Of a DNA stretch of 64,000 nt, positions 28,410 through 39,278 are shown piece after piece. Within the stretch, counting starts at the first letter, position 1. Every line of letters starts with the position of its first letter. The stretch covers positions 320,001-384,000 of the forward strand of contig JBQTHB010000002.1 of assembly GCA_052390235.1 (NCBI GenBank), read 5' to 3'. The DNA comes from Deltaproteobacteria bacterium. Its GTDB lineage: Bacteria > Desulfobacterota_D > UBA1144 > Nemesobacterales > CSP1-2. Position numbers and translations under genes: made by a program. The notes under the pieces are model-generated. The model had not been told where the DNA came from and made no database searches. It was given only the letters and a program-made list of their open reading frames with translations.

Positions 28410-29993
28410 ATGATTAGGAGGCACTCTCTCATTCTCATAATACTGCTTTTTTTCCCGACCACGGTTTATGCCGCCGTGCGGTATGTGGTTAAAAAGGGGG
28501 ACACGCTGTACGGTTTGTCGAAAAAATTCGGGGTCTCGCTTGATGAAATTAAAGAAGCAAACAGAATTCAGGGTGAAAATTTAAAAATCGGGAGCGTCAT
28601 ATTTGTTCCCGAAACAGTTGCGGCTAATAGCCTATCCGCTCCGAAAAAGAGCGAGGCGGATAAACTCCAGTACGTCGTTATTAAAGGCGACACTTTATAC
28701 GGGATTGCAAGCGGATTTCGCGTATCCGCCGGGGATATAAGAGAATTAAACAACATTAAAGGCGATGGGCTTCGCATTGGGCAGAAGCTCCTCATACCTA
28801 TCGCCAAAACCGATGCGAGCGGCATTGTCTCGCGCATTATTCACGAGAGTAAAACCCAGGGCGCAGGCATAGCCCCGCCCCCGTCCGCCCCTCCCTATGA
28901 CTCCGGGGCGGATAATGACGGAATCAGCCGCGACATTCCAAATCCCATTGGGCGTCTGGGCTCCGATAACTCCTTTAGCAGCGTCGCCGCGGCGGATAAA
29001 CCCATTCCCCCCGCTCCGCCGGATGCCGATAGCCCCAAACCCGACTCAAAGCCCATTCATATCACCCGCAGATACATCGCCAAAACCGGAGACAGCCTCG
29101 ATAAAATAGCTAAAGAATTTGAAGTGTCGCCGGAGGTTATCACCGAGGCAAACGGGCTCGATGGCAATAAGCTCGACGCAGGAAGCGTTCTGCTGATTCC
29201 AAATGCGGATGCGTTAGCCCCAGTTCCCGTCAGCGTGCCTGCGCCCTCGGGCGACGGTTTTTACAATCAAACCGAGTACAAGAAAAAAACCATCGTCGTA
29301 AAACGAAAGCCCATAACCGGCGCTAATGCCGCCTCGTACGTTGTCCGAAAAGGGGATACGGCGTTTTCAATAGCTAAGAAATTCAATATTCCCCTTGCTG
29401 AGCTCAGAGAGATGAACAATATCCCTGAAGATGGCATAATGGCGGGACAGACGCTTATAGTTCCTGCAAGCGCCTCTGTCAAATCCCCCCCGCCCGGGAA
29501 CGGCCCCCAGACAATCGCTGAAAAACGGGCCGCAAAAAAGAAGCAACCCCAACTGGACGGGCTTTTAACCAGAGATAACATCATCAGCATAGCCAAGCGA
29601 TACCTCGGAGTTCCCTACAGATTTGGCGGCACGTCGCTCATTACCGGACTCGACTGCTCGGCTTTTATTAGCAGGGTATTCGGATTCTTCGATATAAAAC
29701 TGCCGAGAACCGCCAGAGAGCAGTTTGCCTTCGCCGAGGATGTAAAGCGGGATGATATGGTCGTAGGAGACCTCGTATTTTTTAAGACTTATGCTAGGTA
29801 TCCCTCTCACGTCGGGATTTATATGGGCGAGAACGAGTTTATTCACGCCTCGTCGGGGGCTAAGATGGTAACGATTACTAACCTCGATGACCCGTACTAC
29901 AGAAAGCGGTATTTGGGGGCAAAGAGGGTAGAGGTCGGAGGGCTGTTCTACGGCGATATGGCGCGGGATTACAAGGGGTTCGACTCGAAGTAG
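28410..29993 (+). CDS. Peptidoglycan endopeptidase, 4x LysM + NlpC/P60
   Basis: Four LysM repeats; YLGVPYRFGG, DCSAF, SHVGIY, FIHASS. Confidence 0.93.
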   Translation: MIRRHSLILIILLFFPTTVYAAVRYVVKKGDTLYGLSKKFGVSLDEIKEANRIQGENLKIGSVIFVPETVAANSLSAPKKSEADKLQYVVIKGDTLYGIASGFRVSAGDIRELNNIKGDGLRIGQKLLIPIAKTDASGIVSRIIHESKTQGAGIAPPPSAPPYDSGADNDGISRDIPNPIGRLGSDNSFSSVAAADKPIPPAPPDADSPKPDSKPIHITRRYIAKTGDSLDKIAKEFEVSPEVITEANGLDGNKLDAGSVLLIPNADALAPVPVSVPAPSGDGFYNQTEYKKKTIVVKRKPITGANAASYVVRKGDTAFSIAKKFNIPLAELREMNNIPEDGIMAGQTLIVPASASVKSPPPGNGPQTIAEKRAAKKKQPQLDGLLTRDNIISIAKRYLGVPYRFGGTSLITGLDCSAFISRVFGFFDIKLPRTAREQFAFAEDVKRDDMVVGDLVFFKTYARYPSHVGIYMGENEFIHASSGAKMVTITNLDDPYYRKRYLGAKRVEVGGLFYGDMARDYKGFDSK

Positions 29994-30063
29994 AATAGCT
30001 GATAATCCCCCCCGCTTATCTGTCATTGAAATATACGGCGGGCGTGTATATATTAATTGTCAC

Positions 30064-30966
30064 GTGAACTCAGCGCCAGATAACATCGCTAAATTTAGGT
30101 ATTATCTCTGCTCCGAAAGGGGATATTCCAAGCACACTCTAAGGGCTTACATCTCGGATATTCGTCAATTTGCCTCATTCCTCGGGGAGAGAAAGAGCGC
30201 CGAGGCATCCCTCGTGTCCGTGGAAGAAATTGACGTAAGGGCGTACCTAGCCCGCATTCACAGGAAAAATAGCAAAACCTCGATTTCCCGCAAGCTCACA
30301 TCCATAAGAGCGCTTTTTGAGTTTCTCCTGCGAGAGGGCATCGTCGCCAAAAATCCAGCGAAATTGCTCCCTACGCCCAAGGCTGAGAAAAAGCTCCCGT
30401 CTTTCCTCACAGTGGACGAGGCTTTTCGGCTTCTCGACTCCCCCGGCTGGGACGCAAAACCCCTCGCGCTGAGAGATGCGGCAATTCTCGAGCTTCTGTA
30501 CTCCAGCGGACTTCGCGTGAGCGAGCTTACGGGGATAAAAATCACCGAGCTTGACCTCTCCGAGGCTGTGGTGAAGGTGCTGGGCAAGGGGGCGAGGGAG
30601 AGAGTAGTACCCGTAGGCTCGAAGGCGGCGGCGGCGCTTGGGCGATATATTGAGCGCAGAGAATTGCTTGGGCCCAGGTCGGACTCGCTCTTTCTCAATT
30701 CCAGAGGGGGGGCGCTTACGCCCAGAAGCGTCGCCGTAATCGTGAAGAAATGCTCCCTTCTATCAGGCATAGCCAAGAACGTAAGCCCTCACGTGCTGAG
30801 GCACACATTCGCAACGCACCTGCTCGGAGGAGGCGCCGACCTTCGCGCCATTCAAGAGATGCTAGGACACAAGAGCCTTTCAACCACTCAGCGCTACACT
30901 CACACCTCCATAGAGAAAATCATGGAGATTTACGATAAAACCCATCCGAGAGCAAACAACAAATGA
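30064..30966 (+). CDS. xerC: Tyrosine recombinase XerC
   Basis: [28 protein letters not shown]; linked to hslVU. Confidence 0.92.
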   Translation: MNSAPDNIAKFRYYLCSERGYSKHTLRAYISDIRQFASFLGERKSAEASLVSVEEIDVRAYLARIHRKNSKTSISRKLTSIRALFEFLLREGIVAKNPAKLLPTPKAEKKLPSFLTVDEAFRLLDSPGWDAKPLALRDAAILELLYSSGLRVSELTGIKITELDLSEAVVKVLGKGARERVVPVGSKAAAALGRYIERRELLGPRSDSLFLNSRGGALTPRSVAVIVKKCSLLSGIAKNVSPHVLRHTFATHLLGGGADLRAIQEMLGHKSLSTTQRYTHTSIEKIMEIYDKTHPRANNK

Positions 30967-31496
30967 CAACATTTCACGGAACTACAATTCTCTGCGTTAA
31001 GAGAAACGGCGAAGTCGCCATTGCCGCCGACGGACAGGTAACCCTGGGCCATGCCGCCGTAAAGCACACGGCTAAAAAAGTGCGCAGAATTTACGGAGGC
31101 AAAGTGCTCGTGGGGTTCGCCGGGGCTACCGCTGACGCCATAACGCTTTTCGATAAATTCGAGGGGAAGTTAGAGGAGTTCAGAGGGAATCTCAGAAGGG
31201 CGGCTGTCGAGCTTGCCAAGGACTGGCGCACCGATAGGATTTTGCGCCGCCTCGAAGCCCTGCTCGCCATTGCCGATAAAGAGAGTATGTTTCTCATATC
31301 CGGCAGCGGAGACGTTCTCGAACCCGACGACGAGGTCATAGGCATCGGCTCAGGTGGGTCATTTGCTCAAGCCGCCGCCAAAGCCCTCCTCAGGCACTCC
31401 GAGCTTGACGCACGCCAAATCGCCGAGGAATCTGTCAAAATCGCGGCTGAAATCTGCATTTACACAAACGATAAAATCAACGTAGAGGTTCTATAA
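30963..31496 (+). CDS. hslV: ATP-dependent protease peptidase subunit
   Basis: GTTI N-terminal Thr, DGQVT, GSGG. Confidence 0.97.
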   Translation: MTTFHGTTILCVKRNGEVAIAADGQVTLGHAAVKHTAKKVRRIYGGKVLVGFAGATADAITLFDKFEGKLEEFRGNLRRAAVELAKDWRTDRILRRLEALLAIADKESMFLISGSGDVLEPDDEVIGIGSGGSFAQAAAKALLRHSELDARQIAEESVKIAAEICIYTNDKINVEVL

Positions 31497-31499
31497 CTC

Positions 31500-32858
31500 A
31501 TGAATAGGGAAGCGTTCTTTACTCCGAGAGAGATAGTCTCAGAACTCGATAAATACATCATTGGGCAAAATAAAGCCAAGAGAGCCGTCTCCATCGCCCT
31601 TAGAAACCGCTGGCGCCGCCAGAGGGTGTCCCCGGAGCTAAGAGACGAAATCGCGCCGAAAAATATCCTCATGATAGGCCCCACGGGGGTCGGAAAAACC
31701 GAGATTGCAAGGAGGCTTGCGAAGCTCTCACAAGCCCCGTTCATCAAGGTTGAAGCCTCGAAATTCACCGAAGTCGGCTACGTAGGGCGGGACGTGGAGT
31801 CCATGGTCAGAGACCTAACGGACATCGCAGTGAAGCTCATCACGGACGAAGAGAAGTTCACCGTGCGCGCCAAAGCCGAAGACCTCGCCGAGGAGAGAAT
31901 CCTAGACCTCCTCTATCCGAAAAGCGGCAAGCCGGAAGAGGCGGCGGCGTCTTCTTCGGTTTCTGTATCCTCTGTTGCTTCCGGCGAGACGAGAGAGAAA
32001 TTGAGAAAACTCCTCAGGGAGGGCAAGCTCGACGACCGCTACGTTGACGTCGAGACAACGTCCAAAAACTCGCCGATACAGCTATTTAGCCCATCCGGCG
32101 TCGAAGAGATGGACGTGAACATCTCTGATATGCTCGGAAACCTCTTCCCGAAGAAAACCAAGAAGAGAAAGGTGAAAGTCCCGGAGGCGATAGAAATCCT
32201 CGCCCAGCAGGAAGCCGACAAGCTCATTGACATGGACAAGGTCATAAAGCTCGCCATCGAGAGGGTCGAGCAGGCGGGGATTATTTTTATTGACGAGATT
32301 GATAAAATCGCAGGACGAGAGAGCGCCGCAGGGCCCGACGTATCGCGCGAGGGCGTGCAGAGGGATTTACTGCCCATCATCGAGGGATGCACGGTCAACA
32401 CCAAGCACGGAATGGTCAAAACAGACCACGTGCTTTTTGTCGCCGCAGGGGCGTTTCACGTCTCAAAACCCTCCGACCTCATCCCGGAGCTTCAGGGCAG
32501 ATTTCCCATCAGAGTGGAACTCGACCCGCTCACGAAAGAGGATTTCATCGGGATTCTCACCGAGCCTAAAAACGCCCTCATAAAGCAATATATAGAACTC
32601 CTCGGCACGGAAAATATCGAACTCGTCTTCAAGTCCGACGCCATCTCCGAGATTGCCGACATTGCCGCCCAAGTGAACGAGTCAAACGAGAACATAGGCG
32701 CCAGGAGGCTCCATACAATCATCGAGAAAATCATCGAGGAGATTTCGTTCAACGCCCCTGATATGCCGAAAGAAAAGGTCGTGATAGACGCCAAGTACGT
32801 CAGGGACAAGGTTGCGGATATTGTCAAGGACAGAGACCTGAGCCGCTATATTCTCTAA
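31500..32858 (+). CDS. hslU: ATP-dependent protease ATPase subunit
   Basis: [20 protein letters not shown]-terminal SRYIL. Confidence 0.97.
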   Translation: MNREAFFTPREIVSELDKYIIGQNKAKRAVSIALRNRWRRQRVSPELRDEIAPKNILMIGPTGVGKTEIARRLAKLSQAPFIKVEASKFTEVGYVGRDVESMVRDLTDIAVKLITDEEKFTVRAKAEDLAEERILDLLYPKSGKPEEAAASSSVSVSSVASGETREKLRKLLREGKLDDRYVDVETTSKNSPIQLFSPSGVEEMDVNISDMLGNLFPKKTKKRKVKVPEAIEILAQQEADKLIDMDKVIKLAIERVEQAGIIFIDEIDKIAGRESAAGPDVSREGVQRDLLPIIEGCTVNTKHGMVKTDHVLFVAAGAFHVSKPSDLIPELQGRFPIRVELDPLTKEDFIGILTEPKNALIKQYIELLGTENIELVFKSDAISEIADIAAQVNESNENIGARRLHTIIEKIIEEISFNAPDMPKEKVVIDAKYVRDKVADIVKDRDLSRYIL

Positions 32859-32882
32859 ATCGGCTTGGGGGCGCATAAGGCG

Positions 32883-33608
32883 CTAAATTTTTGACTGCCA
32901 GATGGCTCTGCCGATGAAAAAGGGCCCCAGTTTCTCCAAGTACATAGAAGTTTGCTTGGTTTTGCGCATCGTCTGGATTAGAGCCGAGAGCGGGTAAAGC
33001 TCCCTGCCCAGCACTCCGATGACGAAGTCGTTGTCGCTTCTGTCCAGCCCGTGGCAGGCGAGGCGTATGTCTCTGGCAAATCCCGCTTTACCGAATTTAA
33101 ACCCGATTTTGCCGTGTTCCCCTAAAACTGCCCTCTGCTCGCCCTCAGTCAAATTTTCAAAATTTTTGGCTCTCTGAAGCGGATACCAAATCGCCCAGGG
33201 AGTCGCCCCATCCAGCGCCTTGCGGCGAGGCTCGGCTATGAGAGTTGCGTGGAGGTCGGGTTCATAGCCGAGGGAATATGTCCTGCCGAACATCGCGTAT
33301 TCGCCCTTCTGAGTGAGCTGCGAGAACGGCGGCTCGTTTAATATCTCCCTCAGCCGCGAGACGAAGAAATCCGCATCTTCGCTCATGGCAATTAGCCCGA
33401 TTCCCCTGGCGTCGTTGGCATCGGCGTAGAGGGCGGCGTCAATCCCGGAGTCTTCTAGAGCGCGGGCGAGGGGTTTTGCGTCTCGGCATCCCCCGAACGC
33501 CGTAAACTGCATAAACAGCCTGCGGTCGAGGGCGAGCGGGCTTCCGTCTTTAGCTCTGCCGCGCTCCGAGAGGTCGAGTTGTTTGTCGTCGTCAAGATAA
33601 TCTGCCAT
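32883..33608 (-). CDS. Chlorite dismutase/coproheme decarboxylase family protein
   Basis: WYPLQR, EHGKIG (proximal His), GLD..DNDF, MRKTKQTS. Confidence 0.8.
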   Translation of the reverse strand: MADYLDDDKQLDLSERGRAKDGSPLALDRRLFMQFTAFGGCRDAKPLARALEDSGIDAALYADANDARGIGLIAMSEDADFFVSRLREILNEPPFSQLTQKGEYAMFGRTYSLGYEPDLHATLIAEPRRKALDGATPWAIWYPLQRAKNFENLTEGEQRAVLGEHGKIGFKFGKAGFARDIRLACHGLDRSDNDFVIGVLGRELYPLSALIQTMRKTKQTSMYLEKLGPFFIGRAIWQSKI

Positions 33609-33995
33609 CTGCGTGGATTCTCCTTTGTGCGGATAAATATAACCGTCCTAGAGGATTTTTCGACTTCGAGATTTCAGTATATTCCCCGCAATCAATAGGG
33701 ATAAAAATAGAGCCGCAAAGCCGCGCTAGGAAACACGATAAACGACAATATGACAGAATGAGATTTCTCGCCGCAGGCTCAGGGGATGACACCCTCCGCC
33801 GTCATTTTGGCTCCCCGCCCGATGAGATGGGAAAATCGCTCCAGATGGCGTTTGAGCCTTCGCCGCTAGCCCCCAATGCCCGGAAAAATGCCGCTGTTTT
33901 TTGGGAATTCCTCGCCCCCTTTTTGGTTATTGAAAGAAAGTCAATTTGCTATATAATAAAACCCTTATCTTTTTTTGAGGGTGAATCGAGAGAGA

Positions 33996-34877
33996 ATGAA
34001 AGAGCTAATAAAAAAAGCCGAAATTCTGGTGGAGGCGCTTCCCTATATCAGGGAATTTTACGGCAAAACAATAGTCGTTAAATACGGCGGCAGCATCGGC
34101 GGCGCGGAGCTTCAAAATTTTGCCCGCGACATAGTGCTTATGAGCTACGTGGGGATGAATCCCGTGGTAGTTCACGGGGGCGGCCCGCAAATTGGAAACC
34201 TGCTCGGCAAACTGGGTATGAAATCCCAGTTCGTCGCAGGGCTGAGGGTTACCGACCAGCCCACGATGGAGGTGGTCGAGATGGTTCTCGTAGGCAAGGT
34301 CAACCAAGAGATAATCTCGGTTATAAACTCGCTTGGCGGAAATGCCGTCGGAGCGTCGGGAAAAGAGGGAAAAATCTTAACCGCAAAGAAGCTGGATCTG
34401 TCTCGCTTTGCTCTGGAACACGGGATTGAAATCCCCGAAGACGTAGATTTAGGCATGGTCGGCGATATTGAGCGCGTGAATCCCCACCTCATAAAGGTAT
34501 TAGACGACGCCGGTTTTATTCCCGTGATAGCGCCGATTGGGTTCGACGAACATGGAAACACCTATAACATCAACGCAGACCACGTTGCCGGAAGCATTGC
34601 GGCGGCGCTCAAAGCTGAAAAATTCATCCTCATGACGGACGTTCCCGGCATTCTCGATGAAAATAAGGCGCTGATTTCATCCATCAACGAGGTTTCGGCG
34701 AGGGATTTGATTAAAAAAGGTGTCATCTCGCGCGGGATGATACCAAAGGTCATGTGCGCGATAGAAGCCCTCCAGAGGGGGGTACACAAGACTCATATAA
34801 TTGATGGCAGAGTCGAACACGCGCTCATCCTCGAAATATTCACTGACGCCGGAGTCGGCACGGAGATAGTGCTTTGA
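33996..34877 (+). CDS. argB: Acetylglutamate kinase
   Basis: VVKYGG, HGGGPQI, GLRVTD, NINAD, GMIPK. Confidence 0.96.
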   Translation: MKELIKKAEILVEALPYIREFYGKTIVVKYGGSIGGAELQNFARDIVLMSYVGMNPVVVHGGGPQIGNLLGKLGMKSQFVAGLRVTDQPTMEVVEMVLVGKVNQEIISVINSLGGNAVGASGKEGKILTAKKLDLSRFALEHGIEIPEDVDLGMVGDIERVNPHLIKVLDDAGFIPVIAPIGFDEHGNTYNINADHVAGSIAAALKAEKFILMTDVPGILDENKALISSINEVSARDLIKKGVISRGMIPKVMCAIEALQRGVHKTHIIDGRVEHALILEIFTDAGVGTEIVL

Positions 34878-36073
34878 CCACCGAGGCGATAATTCAGAAA
34901 TTCGAGCGCTACGTGGTGCATAATTACGGGAGATTCCCATTGGCGATAGCGCGAGGGGAAGGCTCTTGGGTGTGGGATGTCGAAGGGAAGAGGTATCTGG
35001 ATTTCATCTGCGGCATCGCGGTGAACAACCTCGGACACCGCCACCCGGCCGTCGCCCGCGCCATCGAAGAGCAATTGGGCAGGCTCGTTCACGTCTCGAA
35101 CCTCTTTCATATAGAGCCTCAGGCAAATCTTGCCGAACTCCTCGTTGAGAATTCCATTCGGGGCGCGAAGGCGTTTTTCTGCAACAGCGGCACGGAGGCA
35201 AACGAGGCGGCTATTAAGATGGCGAGGAAATGGGGCGCGGCTAACGGGGGGAAATATAAAATTCTCTCCGCCTTAGGCTCATTTCACGGGCGCACACTGG
35301 GGTCTCTGAGCGCGACGGGGCAGAGGAAATATCAAAGAGGATTTGCGCCGCTTGTGCCGGGGTTTAAATTTGTCCCCTATGGAGACGCCGAGAGGGTCGA
35401 GCGCGCCCTTAGGGATGAGAAATTCTGCGCCGTCATCGCCGAGCCGATACAGGGCGAGGGCGGGGTGAATATCCCCTCGGACGACTACCTGCCGAAACTG
35501 CGCGAAATCTGCACGCGCCGCGGGGCGCTTCTCATACTCGATGAGATTCAGGTCGGGCTTGGGCGGACAGGGCGTATGTTCGCCTACCAGCGCTCCGGCA
35601 TCGAGCCTGACATTATTACGCTTGCCAAGGCCCTTGGCGGAGGGATTCCCTGCGGAGCGGTAATTGCCACGGATGATGCCGCGATGTACCTCACTCCCGG
35701 CTCCCACGGGACGACTTTGGGGGGAAACCCGCTTGCGATGAGCGCCGGGTGCGCCGTCGTCCGTACGATTTTAGATGAGGGGCTACTCGATAACGCCGCT
35801 CGGATGGGGGAGTATTTCCTCGGAAAACTCCGCGCCCTGAAACTCGCCCATGGAGATACGGTGAGGGATGCCAGGGGCAGGGGGCTTATTCTCGGCGTCG
35901 AACTGTTCGATGGAGATATTGCCAAGCGCGCCGTGAGAAAATCCCTCAACAACGGACTCCTCGCAATTCTCACCGAGGAGAGGGTGATTAGACTTCTGCC
36001 TCCGCTCAATGTACGCGCGGATGAAATTGACTTCGCCGTTGAAACTCTGGATAAATCCATTCGGGAGGCTTAA
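34874..36073 (+). CDS. argD: Acetylornithine aminotransferase
   Basis: NSGTEANE, FHGRT, DEIQVGLGRTG, LAKALGGG. Confidence 0.94.
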   Translation: MTTEAIIQKFERYVVHNYGRFPLAIARGEGSWVWDVEGKRYLDFICGIAVNNLGHRHPAVARAIEEQLGRLVHVSNLFHIEPQANLAELLVENSIRGAKAFFCNSGTEANEAAIKMARKWGAANGGKYKILSALGSFHGRTLGSLSATGQRKYQRGFAPLVPGFKFVPYGDAERVERALRDEKFCAVIAEPIQGEGGVNIPSDDYLPKLREICTRRGALLILDEIQVGLGRTGRMFAYQRSGIEPDIITLAKALGGGIPCGAVIATDDAAMYLTPGSHGTTLGGNPLAMSAGCAVVRTILDEGLLDNAARMGEYFLGKLRALKLAHGDTVRDARGRGLILGVELFDGDIAKRAVRKSLNNGLLAILTEERVIRLLPPLNVRADEIDFAVETLDKSIREA

Positions 36074-36075
36074 AA

Positions 36076-36993
36076 ATGGGCAGAAATCTCCTAAGCATAT
36101 TTGACCTCGAAAGAGCCGAAATCGAATTCCTGATACGCAGGACTTTCGAGCTTAAGTCGTCTAAACGAAAGAGATTTTATGAAACCATCCTGAGCCGCAA
36201 AACCGTAGGACTCATCTTCGAGAAGCACTCAACCCGCACCCGCATCTCCTTCGAGGTGGGAGCGCTTGACCTTGGCGGAAGCCCAATTTACATAAGCTCC
36301 CGCGATACTCAGCTTGGCAGGGGCGAGACAATTGCCGACACCGCGCGCGTGCTATCTGGCTACTTAGATGGGGTCGTCATTAGAACCTACGGGCAGGAGC
36401 GAATAGAGGAGTTTGCCCGATATTCCACAATTCCCGTAATCAATGCCCTGACAGACCTCGAGCATCCGTGCCAAATCCTGACTGACGTTTTTACCGTCGT
36501 CGAATGCGGCAAGGAGCTGTCGAAAATGAAATTCGCCTACATTGGCGACGGCAATAACATCACCAATTCCCTCATCGGAGCGGCGGGGATAATGGGATTT
36601 CACCTCGCAGTTGCCACTCCCAAGGGCTATGAACCCGATGCTGAAATCCTGCGAAGGGCGGGGCAATATCCATCAGGAGCGAAAATCGAACTCACAGACG
36701 ACCCCAGCGAAGCCGCCCTCGGAGCGGACGTTCTCTACACGGACGTTTGGGTGAGCATGGGCCAGGACGACACGAGAGAAGAGCGACTTAGGGTTTTCAG
36801 ACCCTATCAGATAAACGGCTCGCTCCTACACCTGGCAAAGCGGGATGCCATTGTGATGCACTGCCTGCCGGCGCACCGCGGGGAGGAGATTACGGACGAC
36901 GTGGTGGACGGGGCAAATTCAGTTGTTTTCCAGCAAGCTGAGAACCGCCTGCACATGGGCAAAGCCGTGCTTGAGATGTGCATCGGGGGCTGA
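36076..36993 (+). CDS. argF: Ornithine carbamoyltransferase
   Basis: STRTR, HPCQ, DVWVSMG, HCLP. Confidence 0.96.
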   Translation: MGRNLLSIFDLERAEIEFLIRRTFELKSSKRKRFYETILSRKTVGLIFEKHSTRTRISFEVGALDLGGSPIYISSRDTQLGRGETIADTARVLSGYLDGVVIRTYGQERIEEFARYSTIPVINALTDLEHPCQILTDVFTVVECGKELSKMKFAYIGDGNNITNSLIGAAGIMGFHLAVATPKGYEPDAEILRRAGQYPSGAKIELTDDPSEAALGADVLYTDVWVSMGQDDTREERLRVFRPYQINGSLLHLAKRDAIVMHCLPAHRGEEITDDVVDGANSVVFQQAENRLHMGKAVLEMCIGG

Positions 36994-37124
36994 CTCCGCC
37001 ATTAGAGACGGTTGAGGAGGGTGTCTGTCCACTCCCGGATATGCCCTGAGATAGGGTCGGTTTATTCGCCTAGAGCGATGTGTTATAGTTGATAATTAAG
37101 CGCGCTCAAAAGGAGGGTTTACTC

Positions 37125-37346
37125 ATGTCGGGACAAGGATCCGGCGGGAATGTTCTTGCCGCGCTCTGCAGTTTATTCATCCCAGGTCTCGGTCAACTGT
37201 TGCAGGGGCGCTTGCTTATTGCAGTGGTTCAGTTCGTGCTTGCGGCGATTCTGTGGTTTTTCCTGCTCGGGTGGCTAATTCACCTATGGTCAATTCTCGA
37301 TGCCGCCCGATTTAAGCCGAGCGCCGCTCCCGACCAATCTGAATAG
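37125..37346 (+). CDS. Small membrane protein (TM2-like)
   Basis: AGGAGG RBS; LAALCSLFIPGLGQ motif. Confidence 0.75.
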   Translation: MSGQGSGGNVLAALCSLFIPGLGQLLQGRLLIAVVQFVLAAILWFFLLGWLIHLWSILDAARFKPSAAPDQSE

Positions 37347-37398
37347 TGGTATTTATTCCTGCCGCGGCAAAAAAATTAGACGGAGGGCGCGAGAGAAT

Positions 37399-38949
37399 AT
37401 GCGACGAATCAGCGGTTCATTGCCGATTTCCCGATTATTATTATTGGCGATTTTCCTATCCCTAGCCCTCGGTATTCCCGCGCAGGCGCAAAGCCCTGCC
37501 GGAGACGCCGAGCAAAGAGCGGCGCGCCGCTTTGAGACCCTGCGCAAACGCCCTCCCCAGATGCTCGCCTTCCTAAGGGCCATGCCCAAGGGAGCGGACC
37601 TGCATAGCCACCTATCAGGCGCGGTTTATGCCGAATCCTATATTCAGTGGGCGGCCGATATGGGGCTGTGCGTAAATCAGGCGACGAGCGCCGTTGTGGA
37701 TCCTCCCTGCGACGCCGCTTCCGGGCAGATTCCAGCGGCATCTGCCCTTACGGACAACGCCCTCTACGCCAAATTAGTTGACGCATGGTCAATGCGCAAC
37801 TGGCGATATTCTGGGAAAACCGGACACGAGCAGTTCTTCGACTCGTTTGGGAAATTCGGCGGGGCTACTTCAGGCAACACGGGGCGGATGCTCGCCGAGG
37901 CGCTGTCCCGCGCCGCTAGGGGAGGGGTGCTTTATCTCGAATTGATGCTTACCCCAGACGGCTCGCTCTCCTCGAAGCTGGGGCGGACTGCGGGCTGGGA
38001 CGGGGACTTCCAAGGCGCTCTCGAAAAATTGAGCGTATTGGGCATTGGCAAGTCGCTCGAAATTGGAATTAAGACGATTCGAGACGCTGAGGCTGAGAAG
38101 AACCGGATTCTTGGGTGCGGCACGTCCGCCGCCGCCGAGGGGTGCAATGTCGAGGTTCGCTACATTGCCCAGGTGTCCCGCGGCAGTGATTTGGGGGCGG
38201 TATTCGCGCAGATGGTTTCGGGATTTGCCATTGCCAACGAGCCCGGGTCTAAGGTCGTCGCGCTCAATTTGGTTCAGCCTGAGGACTGGTTTTCATCAAT
38301 GAAGAATTTCCCCGCGCAGATGGAGATGCTCCGATATCTCCGCCCCCTGTATCCGAGGGCGAAAATCACCCTTCATGCCGGAGAACTCACCCCCGGAATA
38401 GCGCCGCCCGAAGCGCTCTCTTTTCACATTCGCGACTCAATCATGATAGGCGGGGCAAGCCGGATTGGACACGGAGTCGCCGTTATGAGCGAAGACGACC
38501 CCTACGGCCTGCTTCGGGAGATGGCAAAGCGGGGCGTAATGGTTGAAATCTGCCTTACGAGCAACGACGTGATTTTGGGAATCTCTAAAGAACGCCACCC
38601 GCTCCTGACTTATATCGAGTACGGCGTGCCTGTGGCTTTGGCGACGGACGACGAGGGGGTATCGCGCTCGGACATAACCCAGGAGTTTCTAAAAGCCGCC
38701 GAAGACCACGCTCTAGGCTATATTCAGCTCAAAGCTATGGCGAGGACGAGCCTTCAGCACGCCTTCATCGAGGGGGAGAGCCTATGGGCTGACGCAGTGA
38801 AATTCACCCCTGCCCCTCAGTGCCGAAGGGATTTCGCTGCCCGTAAGTTGCAGTCCCAAGCCTGCGAGGTATTCATAGGCGGAAGCGCGAAGGCGGCGCT
38901 CCAGTGGCGGCTCGAAGAGCGTTTTCGCGTTTTTGAGAGCGGATTTTGA
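37399..38949 (+). CDS. Secreted adenosine deaminase family protein
   Basis: Signal peptide; MPKGADLHSHLSG, HAGE, RIGHG, ATDDEG. Confidence 0.88.
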   Translation: MRRISGSLPISRLLLLAIFLSLALGIPAQAQSPAGDAEQRAARRFETLRKRPPQMLAFLRAMPKGADLHSHLSGAVYAESYIQWAADMGLCVNQATSAVVDPPCDAASGQIPAASALTDNALYAKLVDAWSMRNWRYSGKTGHEQFFDSFGKFGGATSGNTGRMLAEALSRAARGGVLYLELMLTPDGSLSSKLGRTAGWDGDFQGALEKLSVLGIGKSLEIGIKTIRDAEAEKNRILGCGTSAAAEGCNVEVRYIAQVSRGSDLGAVFAQMVSGFAIANEPGSKVVALNLVQPEDWFSSMKNFPAQMEMLRYLRPLYPRAKITLHAGELTPGIAPPEALSFHIRDSIMIGGASRIGHGVAVMSEDDPYGLLREMAKRGVMVEICLTSNDVILGISKERHPLLTYIEYGVPVALATDDEGVSRSDITQEFLKAAEDHALGYIQLKAMARTSLQHAFIEGESLWADAVKFTPAPQCRRDFAARKLQSQACEVFIGGSAKAALQWRLEERFRVFESGF

Positions 38950-38979
38950 GACTGCGTCTTATGTGCTATCTAGCGTAGA

Positions 38980-39060
38980 ACCGAGCCCGGGGCGATGCTC
39001 CTGGTGGCTACGGGGCTACTCGGTCTTCTCGGCGCGGGTTTCCGGCGCAGAAGCGCGTAA
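38980..39060 (+). pseudogene. Orphan PEP-CTERM sorting-signal remnant
   Basis: TEPGAMLLVATGLLGLLGAGFRRRSA*, with in-frame TAG at 38971. Confidence 0.7.
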
Positions 39061-39278
39061 AAAAATGCTATGAGAGGAGCGGGCAGGGCATCTAGCCGCT
39101 TCCCTTTTGCAATGGCACTTCATGATGCAAAGCGGAGTCGAGGTATGTCGTTCTCGCAAAAATGGGAATTCATGGCTCATCTCCGCTTACTATGAAGAAA
39201 AATGGACTCCTGCTCATGGGGACTACGGGATTTTGTCTGCCCCACTTCTCTCTGTCATTTTGAGCGGATAGATTCTAG

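Noticed and set aside
30064..30966. Tyrosine recombinase as island or integron integrase
   Set aside because: XerC-like, lacks the IntI insertion, and sits in the housekeeping xerC-hslVU context
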